The notes under the pieces are model-generated. The model did no database searches and was not told the DNA's origin. It saw nothing but the letters and a program-made list of their open reading frames with translations. A program made the translations under genes and the position numbers. 64,000 nt of DNA from Candidatus Magasanikiibacteriota bacterium (lineage in GTDB: Bacteria > Patescibacteriota > Patescibacteriia > Magasanikbacterales > GWA2-37-8), in contig JBAYIZ010000001.1 of the NCBI GenBank assembly GCA_041665405.1, positions 90,618 to 154,617 of the forward strand, read 5' to 3'. Positions 49,901 to 56,659 of the stretch are shown one piece after another; the stretch's first letter is position 1; each line of letters opens with the position of its first letter.

Positions 49901-51958
49901 GAGTATTATGATTTATTTTCGGTACTTTTGGCAGGTCGTTCGTTGAATGAATTGACTTTGACCAACATTCCAGCGGACGATTTAAAATATTATCAGAAAC
50001 ACGCGAAAGACGTGGCGGGAATGTTACAAAGAAATACAAAATATCGCAGTATCGTTGAAGGAACAATCCGCGAAATTTCACGTTCTGGTTTGTTGGAAAA
50101 AGCTGGCTTTATGGCTTGCTTGGCAAATATCCAAAATACTACTACTCACATGGGTAAAGCGGCAGAGAATAGTATGGGTACAAAATTTGGTAGCGCCGCT
50201 CGAAGACATATTAGAGCTGTTATATATGCTGGAATTGGTTTAGGAACATTTTTGCTTGTTGGTCAAGGTATTGAGGCAGCAAAACACCATTTATCCACTG
50301 AGACATCAGCATCTGGAACTGGTCGCCCTGAAGGTTCAGCTATCGTCGGAGGTGCTAGAGTTGTGGCTGGAGGAATTCCATCGGATCACGTACCTATGGC
50401 TCATTATGCGGATGTTCATCCATCTGCCCCAAAAGATGTTTTTGAAGCGTCCCGTCCAGATGTAGTACCAACCGCCGAAGTTCCAGAATCATTCAATGTT
50501 CGTCCTGCCGGTTTAGTTGAAGCTCCGACAAAAGTTTCTGGTGGTGTGTCAGATTGGGAACATCAGATGAAAGCGAAACTTGGTATCACAGAACATTATA
50601 ATAAAAACGGATCACTAAAATTTGTTGAGCATTCATTGCGTTTCCATCCTGATAAACCAAATGTGGTGGATGGTATTAATACAAAAGAAATAATTCCAGG
50701 CGCGAAAATTACTTTGACCCATTCTGATGGTACAGATGTAAAAGATGTTCACGGTAAAGTGGTGGAATTTAAATTTTCAAAAGGTGACAGTGTGTCACGT
50801 GCTATGGATCATTTGCGAAGTAGCGCCAAAGGTTTGTTGAAAGCAGGCGAGATACCAACAGTCAGAGTGTCTGGCAATGTCCAAGTTGGTGATGATAATG
50901 GTCACTCCATGATCGAAAAGCATGTGGGAGGAAAAACTCATATTGAACAAGGTGATCGCATTCCTAAAGGTGGTAAATTTACAAAAGAGGGAGCGGGTGA
51001 TTTATTTGAACCGATTACTGGTGAGCCGACTGGTTTTAATAAAACTGGTGCCGGTCATCTTTTTGATGATATTCCTAGTCACTCAGCCGGTTTCAATAAA
51101 AGTGGTGCAGGTGAACTCTTTGATGATATTCCTAGTCCGCGTAGTGGGGTGGCTGAAGTGCAACCTTTTGTTGCCGAAAGCTCAGGTTCTTCAATCAAAT
51201 GGTCCACTGGTGGCGCGATAGAAAATAAGGCTGGTCTTGAGGCGATGCTTCATGGTACACAACCAGGCGGAGCTGTCGAAGCTGGCGCGCCACAAGTTGC
51301 AAAAGTTGGTGGGGTGGTTGAAGCTGCTGGTGCAGGTGGTGTCAAAGGTGGAACTCCAGAAGTAGCGGTACAATCTGTCGGGAATAAAATTGAGACAGTC
51401 GCCTCTATAGAAAGCGCAGTAGAAATTCCTGCTGAAATTCCTGAGGAGTTGAGACCACAATATTTGGAATGGGCGGATGTCAAAGAAAATTTTGTTAGTT
51501 CATTTAGCAAGGATCTAAATATTGATATAAAAGACAATAGTGGAATTTTGTCGAAGTTGATGAATCAATTGGATGCTGGTATTAAGGCAAATCCAAATTG
51601 GTTGAAGGATGCTGATGTCCGACAAATTTTGGATAATCCTAATTTGACTACCGGAGATAAATTGAGTAATTTGATGGTGGTGATGGGTGAAAAAAATCTA
51701 TTAATACCACCACTTTCTCCAGAAGAGCAATTGATTTTTAGTGATGTTTCCAAAATTGAACCCGATGATAATACTTTTGAAAGGTTTAATATGAAAGATG
51801 CTAAGGGAAATGAGTATATAGCAGGGGTGGTAAAAGGGGAAGGTTCCCATGTGGCAGTTTATCAAGATGTTGCCACCGGAAAAACCTTTATTCAGACCGA
51901 TCCAAATATATCGTTTACTCGCAAATGGTTTGGGAACCTATTTAAGGATGTCAAGTAG
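46919..51958 (+). CDS. Giant (1679 aa) protein with an N-terminal coiled-coil region, a central cluster of Gly-rich TM helices and a C-terminal region with short GAG(D/H/E)LF(E/D)(P/D)I repeats
   Basis: Single uninterrupted ORF. TM-like segments (GINIAVLGTIGGGLSLALKLVPIPGVVKAGIVGSAVGFA and others). Three ~20-aa repeats at ~50990-51130. Terminator at 51981-52006. Confidence 0.7.
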   Translation: MKKSESSLNAPERVSKFDADKFAVNDEIIYRDPSAGWVRGKLARKPEVTPDKAIKITLTGRVEHVVHIPPKLVEFSSTTGRVRRVKYDGKEYGVGDVHIGPNGEIWYDLTDPATPTRVVLRKIDQEVIRNLSEISKIETKLTTAGTGDIARLVTEVKKVQGEKRTELMKQINDLELKIKEMHHQISDLGELSELEAGQMVTVSAEIKKIKSAIDAAIRKLDTEISEIIAKEEKSGEVKERKENAETFQTMIDREFAGIDRTAKIKFDSEHAKWVKKSEAFERWDSERKVLTEALKAAKNDNALKAVAQRAIDDFDRDPRNIPRPVKPPPEKTFEKPSGNPIKQEEITIQIFNDLTAARLAFDTANAVVPPATPPVFRFADFLDSVDAKRKANAAKEGLTDYLHPGRVLSQLSPRAIETIKIIKEMIEEWKNLQETEAFNFKKEKAELEADVERLVFKLQTQTGVSRLETRLEAIRTNITALKSSTAGVDKVMIDYWRELGNLEKDILSAELKTKASTTEREVKFVDLPRGIMKEMMLAKPAEFKEVVKQSYDAVISEGKSTSDLELAMAKWLDGIDVDATTPPLRGRMAQYGIKDWEGFRKQFKNKLSKDFSLLMMANTDSQLRNLLTQKIADIKNNPARWKFYTKDFWREIRQEHWDTSTFVNMKASMAARMGINIAVLGTIGGGLSLALKLVPIPGVVKAGIVGSAVGFAKAGIQRIMGKDTNYYSKEQERAKKVADEKKKQFITDELMSKMFTTDVLNPGIKPEQVDMMADMFTISMRKVTGKKEGQELAVTDGTETITLKGDTVCMFHEMLKNAAEAEGVDVEDKKIRLEFAKALYALHNNDAIKVQEQDPIEVRAWQKIIDIYSGKSSVASRGGQSPDMLRRQGLGAQADELEKKQKMDFGTQAMITAGMGGSVAAVMVYNSDIGRGVLGATIFGLAGEKAGLKSERNSADRDSIQHVESNLFQINTHINDALTGGSHTVSDGHTKMTKEYYDLFSVLLAGRSLNELTLTNIPADDLKYYQKHAKDVAGMLQRNTKYRSIVEGTIREISRSGLLEKAGFMACLANIQNTTTHMGKAAENSMGTKFGSAARRHIRAVIYAGIGLGTFLLVGQGIEAAKHHLSTETSASGTGRPEGSAIVGGARVVAGGIPSDHVPMAHYADVHPSAPKDVFEASRPDVVPTAEVPESFNVRPAGLVEAPTKVSGGVSDWEHQMKAKLGITEHYNKNGSLKFVEHSLRFHPDKPNVVDGINTKEIIPGAKITLTHSDGTDVKDVHGKVVEFKFSKGDSVSRAMDHLRSSAKGLLKAGEIPTVRVSGNVQVGDDNGHSMIEKHVGGKTHIEQGDRIPKGGKFTKEGAGDLFEPITGEPTGFNKTGAGHLFDDIPSHSAGFNKSGAGELFDDIPSPRSGVAEVQPFVAESSGSSIKWSTGGAIENKAGLEAMLHGTQPGGAVEAGAPQVAKVGGVVEAAGAGGVKGGTPEVAVQSVGNKIETVASIESAVEIPAEIPEELRPQYLEWADVKENFVSSFSKDLNIDIKDNSGILSKLMNQLDAGIKANPNWLKDADVRQILDNPNLTTGDKLSNLMVVMGEKNLLIPPLSPEEQLIFSDVSKIEPDDNTFERFNMKDAKGNEYIAGVVKGEGSHVAVYQDVATGKTFIQTDPNISFTRKWFGNLFKDVK

Positions 51959-51980
51959 TGATAGTAAAATAATAAGCCTT

Positions 51981-52006
51981 AAAGCCCTGAAATTCAGGGC
52001 TTTTTT
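51981..52006 (+). terminator. Intrinsic terminator after the giant ORF
   Basis: AAAGCCCTGA-AAT-TCAGGGCTTTTTT. Confidence 0.7.
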
Positions 52007-52074
52007 AATTTGTATAGATTGGCTAAAATAAAGCAAAATATGTCCAAAAACTACCTTTTATTCGTAATGGGGTA

Positions 52075-52103
52075 TTGACAAGGTTCCTATATTATGCTAT
52101 ACT
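52075..52103 (+). promoter_or_regulatory. Strong sigma70-type promoter (TTGACA, 17-nt spacer, TGCTATACT)
   Basis: TTGACAaggttcctatattatgcTATACT in the AT-rich spacer ahead of high-GC cassette 4. Confidence 0.5.
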
Positions 52104-52109
52104 TATCCG

Positions 52110-52243
52110 TTATGCTGATGAATAGGTAAAGACTGTCAGCAAGCATCTATTTATAGATCTGAGAGAGGTCTAGAGATAGATAGGTCAAGATACTATATAT
52201 TATCATTATATATTGCCGACTCTCTCACCATGGAGAGTTTTTT
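52110..52243 (+). ncRNA. Candidate ~135-nt small RNA or leader bounded by the promoter at 52075 and an intrinsic terminator (ACTCTC-TCACCATG-GAGAGT followed by T7)
   Basis: No credible ORF. Promoter-to-terminator unit entirely within noncoding DNA. Confidence 0.3.
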
Positions 52244-52348
52244 TACATCATTGTCAGCCAGAGTTTAGTGAATGAGAATTTCTTTAAACTCGGACTGATA
52301 AAGTCCATTAAGTTCTTTACAATATATACGCAACTACTAAAAAATCAT

Positions 52349-52395
52349 CTGTGTGGGAGTAAGTCTGTGATAGTCATAGCTTTACTCCCACACAG
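52349..52395. repeat. 14-bp perfect inverted repeat CTGTGTGGGAGTAA / TTACTCCCACACAG with a 19-nt spacer, exactly at the AT-to-GC transition of cassette 4
   Basis: The motif CTGTGTGGGAGT recurs at 54569-54580, again upstream of a cassette gene. Confidence 0.6.
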
Positions 52396-52537
52396 GTGGA
52401 GGTGAGTGACTTCGGTTGCTCTTCTCCCTGGGTTAGGGAGAAACGTCGGAAGATCGTCGAAACGTTCGTCAACGTCCGAAAGTCTCAACAAGTCGGTAAC
52501 CAACCACGACTGTGAGAGACACCTCAAGGAGTCCCAG

Positions 52538-53320
52538 ATGAAGTGCCCGAACTGCTCCCATGAGATCGCTGTCAATCCCACCCCGAACAACTGCCCGGAG
52601 TGCGGGTACCTGCTGCTGACCGCTCCGATCGCGATGCGGCCGCCGCGTCTGGTCGGTTCCTTCGATTGCGTCCAGCAGGAAGAGGAGCCGCGCCAGCAGC
52701 CTCGTCCCGCCCAGCGCCAGCCGGAAGTCGCCGCGCCCAAGAAGTCGTTCCCGTGGCTGCTCACGCTCATCGCGATTTTCGCGGTGGTGGGAGCGGCCGC
52801 CTCGGTCGGCCACTGGATCCACTGGGGAGAGGTCGGAACGACCGTCGGCGACATGGCGAGCAGCGCCAAGACCCACGAGAACCAGACCGTCACCCGCGTC
52901 AACAGCGCGATCGTCGGTTCGGTTGGTTACGTGGTCGCCCAGGCGCGCGTCAACGCATCCGCCATTCGTGGCGATGTGGCTGGTGTTCTCGCGCAAGAGA
53001 ACGTCAACGCATCCGCCATTCGCGGCGACGTGGCTGGCGCTCGAAGTGACGTGGCCGCGGTGAAGGCTCAGATCATGGCCAATGACTCGGTGATCCGCCG
53101 GGACATCATCAACCAGGGTCAGAGCACTCGCCGGGCCATCTGGCGCATCCGCTCCGAGCAAGTCCGCCCCAACGCGGTCGACAACAACACGGCCACCAAG
53201 GCCGACGTCGACCAGGCCAAGCGCGATTTGCAGGACTGGATGACGGCCAACCGGATGAAGGTCGTCGTGGCCCCTTCGGCCGCCCCGACTCCGACTCCGA
53301 CGGCCGCTCCGGCCCGCTAG
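52538..53320 (+). CDS. Zinc-ribbon (CPNC...CPEC) single-pass membrane protein with an external Ala/Val-rich domain containing a tandem 11-aa repeat (NASAIRGDVAG, twice) and a PT-rich tail
   Basis: AAGGAG Shine-Dalgarno 7 nt upstream of the ATG at 52538. MKCPNCSHEIAVNPTPNNCPECGYLL, TM helix WLLTLIAIFAVVGAAASVGHW. Architecture is reminiscent of zinc-finger anti-sigma-factor-like proteins (inference). Confidence 0.6.
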   Translation: MKCPNCSHEIAVNPTPNNCPECGYLLLTAPIAMRPPRLVGSFDCVQQEEEPRQQPRPAQRQPEVAAPKKSFPWLLTLIAIFAVVGAAASVGHWIHWGEVGTTVGDMASSAKTHENQTVTRVNSAIVGSVGYVVAQARVNASAIRGDVAGVLAQENVNASAIRGDVAGARSDVAAVKAQIMANDSVIRRDIINQGQSTRRAIWRIRSEQVRPNAVDNNTATKADVDQAKRDLQDWMTANRMKVVVAPSAAPTPTPTAAPAR

Positions 53321-53701
53321 CCTCCCCGGCTAGCAGTAGTTGCGTAGGGGACCAGGTGCGACTTTCGCCCTGGTCCCCGCCAACTTCTCCTCTGTCTTTA
53401 GAGGAGACACTATTATCTGACGACGCTGATTATTGAGCGTCGAAAGGTTAGTGGCAAGACAAAAATCCCAAACAGGGTGCCCGAGCAATCGGGCCACTGG
53501 TTTAGATAATAAGAGATTGTTATCTGAAACGGTGGTATAAAAACCATCTCGTTCCTTTCAATATTATCCCAGCAAAATTTCCCATCGCGAAGAAAGAGTA
53601 TTGTAATAATATTTTTTCTTAGCGATGGGAGAATGTCCTCCCCACGTGAGCCGGAACCGCTCCGGTAAATATGGTTGGGGACCACCCACAAGGAGAGGCA
53701 G

Positions 53702-54298
53702 ATGCTTCGCAGTTTCCTCGTGGCGACCATCGTCGCCATCACCGCGTTCGCGGTCGGGGCCAAGCCGTGCTTGGCGCAAGAGCAGGATACCGTCGTCACC
53801 CCCCAGCCGAACCAGACCGTCGAGGTCACGGTTTTGCCTGGTGGTGATGTGACGGTGGTCACCCCTCCCACCATCACGAAGCCGTCGTTGATTCACGCAG
53901 AACTCGGCCTCAAGGCCGGCTACATCGCGGGCAACGCGCCCTCGATGGTGGTCATGCCGAACGTCGGCTTGACCCTGCGTCTCTCGAACGACTGGTTCCT
54001 TCGCGCCTCGGCCGCTGGTGGCCTCGCTCGGCATGGTTCCGTGACCGACTTCAACGTCGGCCTCGGGGTGTGGGTTTCCGATTACTTCCGCCTGACGCTT
54101 TCGGGTGGGCAGATTGTCCAACGGACACCTGCCTTCGCCTGGAACCAGGGCGCGCTGGTCGGATCTCTTTCCGCCGATTACTTCCTCGGCCCCCACGCGT
54201 TCGTCGGGGTGGAAGGTTTCGGTGGTCCGAGCTGGGACCAACTCGATCAGCTCAGTAGCTCCCTCGGGGGCAAGCTGAACATCGGCTGGCGTTTCTGA
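53702..54298 (+). CDS. Outer-membrane beta-barrel-like protein (OmpA-like / OmpW-size, ~8 strands) with signal peptide and a C-terminal aromatic signature
   Basis: Signal MLRSFLVATIVAITAFAVGAKPCLA. Alternating hydrophobic beta-strand pattern. C-terminus ...GGKLNIGWRF ends in Phe, the classic OMP sorting signal. Confidence 0.55.
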   Translation: MLRSFLVATIVAITAFAVGAKPCLAQEQDTVVTPQPNQTVEVTVLPGGDVTVVTPPTITKPSLIHAELGLKAGYIAGNAPSMVVMPNVGLTLRLSNDWFLRASAAGGLARHGSVTDFNVGLGVWVSDYFRLTLSGGQIVQRTPAFAWNQGALVGSLSADYFLGPHAFVGVEGFGGPSWDQLDQLSSSLGGKLNIGWRF

Positions 54299-54505
54299 TC
54301 TACGGATCAGGCACCATGCTCCTTCTCGCGTCATGTTTATGATGATGCGAAGAGTGAGCGGTGAGCCAGCATTCCTGACACCGGGGGGAGCTATGATAGC
54401 ACCTTGTGTCAGGCTCCCTTCTTAGTGAATATATTATGTGTTCATTGAGAAGGGAAGTTACTGATAGCTATTTGACAATTTAAAGACTAGTTAAAAAATA
54501 ATAAA

Positions 54506-54559
54506 CCTGCGCGGGGAATTTAGCATATATCCAAATATATTCTGAATTCCCCGCGCAGG
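54506..54559. promoter_or_regulatory. 15-bp perfect inverted repeat CCTGCGCGGGGAATT / AATTCCCCGCGCAGG with a 24-nt AT-rich spacer, ~150 nt upstream of the Cys-rich gene
   Basis: Seen directly. Could be a terminator for the OMP-like gene or an operator. Confidence 0.5.
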
Positions 54560-54711
54560 CAGCCTTCGCGCTGTGTGGGAGTTTCGGTCCTAGACCGAAG
54601 CGACTCCCGCACTACGCGGGGGAGTGTGCTGTGAGAGGTACGAGACAGTCTCCGACGGTTGGCAACTTCGCTGACCTGAGGAAAAGGGTTTCTTTTGGAG
54701 GATACGTCCAG

Positions 54712-56352
54712 ATGGCTACCAAGCTCATCAAGCTGGCCGCGAGCTGCGCGGCGGTGTTCTGTTTCTTCACCCTTTCGGTCGGTTGCGAAAGCGCTCCGAC
54801 CATCCCGGCCGACATCGATGGCGGTTCGGTCGACACCGGCACCATCGACAACGACGCCGATGCGGGCACGACTGACGCCAACCCGTGCGACGACGGCAAC
54901 GCCTGCACGACCGACAAGTACGTCGCCGACACGTGCATCTACATCGCCATCGTCGCGCCCTGCGACGACGGCAACGCCTGCACGACTGGCGAGATGTGCA
55001 ACTTCGTCGGCATCTGCGGCGGCGCCACGCCCACGCAGTGCGACGACAACAGCGCCTGCACCACTGATACCTGCGACTCGACCAAGGGTTGTGTCTTCGC
55101 GGCCAACGCGGCCTGCGACGACGGTGACCTTTGCACCACCGACACCTGCGACCCGACCAAGGGCTGCGTCTTCGCGGCGAATACCTGCGACGACGGCAAC
55201 GCCTGCACCACCGACCTCTGCACCACCGGGGGCAACTGCTCCCACCTGCCGACGTCGGCTGCTTGCGACGACGGCAACGTGTGCACCTCGGGCGACACCT
55301 GCGTGACCGGCACCTGCGCCGGAACCGCCGTCACCTGCGACGACGGCAACGTGTGCACCGACGACGCCTGCGTTCCAAACGTGGGCTGCATGCATGGCAT
55401 CAACGTGATGCCCTGCGACGACGGCAGCGCGTGCACCTCGGGCGACACCTGTTTCGGTGGCGCTTGCGCCGGAACGGCGGTCTCGTGCGACGACAACAAC
55501 CCGTGCACGAACGACCTGTGCGACGGGGCCGTGGGGTGCGACTTCGCCCCCGCGACCTGCGACGACGGCGATCCGTGCACCATCGACACCTGCGACGCGG
55601 CAACCGGCTGCGCCTTCGCCGACAAGGTCTGCGACGACGGAAAAGTCTGGACCTGGGACAACTGTGACGCCTCTGGGTGGTACACCGGAACGGCCGGCGC
55701 GTGCTATTTCGACAACAAGTCGGGCGCCTGCCAGAAGGACTCGGACTGCACGGACAGCAATCCGTGTACGTTCGACGTGTGCAACCCGTTCACCGGGACC
55801 TGCAACGCGCCGTTGCAGGTCAGCTGCAACGACGGCAATCCCTGCACCTTGGATTATTGCCTCCCCGCACCCGGCTGCGTCAACGACGCGAAGGTGTGCA
55901 ACGACGGCAACGCCAAGACAGCGGACTCCTGCAGCGCAGCCACGGGAGTCTGTGTCTTCACGCCCATTTCGCAACCGCCCGTCAACCCGCCCGACACCGT
56001 CAAGATCGAAGTCCAGTGCGGAGCGTTTTCCGGGGAAGTTCATCCCATGTACGGGCTGACGGCTGATGGCAAGGGGTTCGATCCCTTCGGCCTGACGACC
56101 GGCACCGCGCCGTATGTGAACAACCTGCTCAAGGCGCAACTGTGCGTCTGGGGTTCGGAGATCGCGGTGCGTGACCTGTCCACGCCGTACCAGCTGTGGT
56201 TCGGTTGCGACAGCCCCACGAAGCTGGACGTCTGCGTCGTCAAGGTGAACGGTTTGCTCGTGCCCAACAAGTACGTGCATCACCTCAACGCCTGCATGGG
56301 CGGCGGCCAGGGCAACATCCAGCTTACCCCGGAGGACTTCGGCTGCAAGTAG
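54712..56352 (+). CDS. Cysteine-rich tandem-repeat secreted (lipo)protein (~14 CDDGNxCTxDxC...GC repeats) with a distinct ~130-aa C-terminal domain. A larger paralog of the protein at 25511-26563.
   Basis: GGAGG Shine-Dalgarno. Signal MATKLIKLAASCAAVFCFFTLSVGC. Repeats CDDGNACTTDKYVADTC, CDDGNACTTGEMC, CDDNSACTTDTCDSTKGC, CDDGDLCTTDTCDPTKGC, and so on. C-terminal domain carries conserved Cys pairs. Confidence 0.75.
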   Translation: MATKLIKLAASCAAVFCFFTLSVGCESAPTIPADIDGGSVDTGTIDNDADAGTTDANPCDDGNACTTDKYVADTCIYIAIVAPCDDGNACTTGEMCNFVGICGGATPTQCDDNSACTTDTCDSTKGCVFAANAACDDGDLCTTDTCDPTKGCVFAANTCDDGNACTTDLCTTGGNCSHLPTSAACDDGNVCTSGDTCVTGTCAGTAVTCDDGNVCTDDACVPNVGCMHGINVMPCDDGSACTSGDTCFGGACAGTAVSCDDNNPCTNDLCDGAVGCDFAPATCDDGDPCTIDTCDAATGCAFADKVCDDGKVWTWDNCDASGWYTGTAGACYFDNKSGACQKDSDCTDSNPCTFDVCNPFTGTCNAPLQVSCNDGNPCTLDYCLPAPGCVNDAKVCNDGNAKTADSCSAATGVCVFTPISQPPVNPPDTVKIEVQCGAFSGEVHPMYGLTADGKGFDPFGLTTGTAPYVNNLLKAQLCVWGSEIAVRDLSTPYQLWFGCDSPTKLDVCVVKVNGLLVPNKYVHHLNACMGGGQGNIQLTPEDFGCK

Positions 56353-56659
56353 CCGTCTAGTCGCTCGGGAATTTATCCGATTTATATTAATCGGCGGGGA
56401 TACCAGCTTGACAACTGGGATTCCTCGAGAGGCCATTGTGGCCAAACCTGACCCATTTCGGGTCGCCGTATTTCGCGACGAGAGATCGTAGCGGAGTCGG
56501 TCAGCCGGGGCACTCAAAGGAGTGCCCCACCGTCTTGAATTCATAATCTCGGTTGTGAGTTGAAGATGGAAATACTATTATCTCCATTACAAAAACACCG
56601 CCCTTCTCTCGGGTGGTTTTTTGTTTGTCTTTTTAGTGAATTTTTGATACAATATTTAT

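Larger units (their letters stand above)
52398..56545. other. Compositionally anomalous high-GC cassette 4 (three genes)
   Basis: About 4.1 kb of GC-rich sequence with GC3-biased genes, interrupted by short AT-rich spacers carrying hairpins. Flanked by AT-rich host DNA. Confidence 0.7.

Noticed and set aside
54520-56544. 674-aa minus-strand ORF covering the whole Cys-rich gene, and similar long antisense ORFs inside the other GC-rich cassettes (25403-26260, 25717-26247, 38841-39581, 40123-40815, 52345-52902, 53564-54334)
   Set aside because: High-GC DNA is poor in stop codons on all frames. These translations are Arg/Ala/Gly/His-rich low-complexity strings with no start context. The opposite-strand ORFs have signal peptides, Shine-Dalgarno sites and coherent domain structure.
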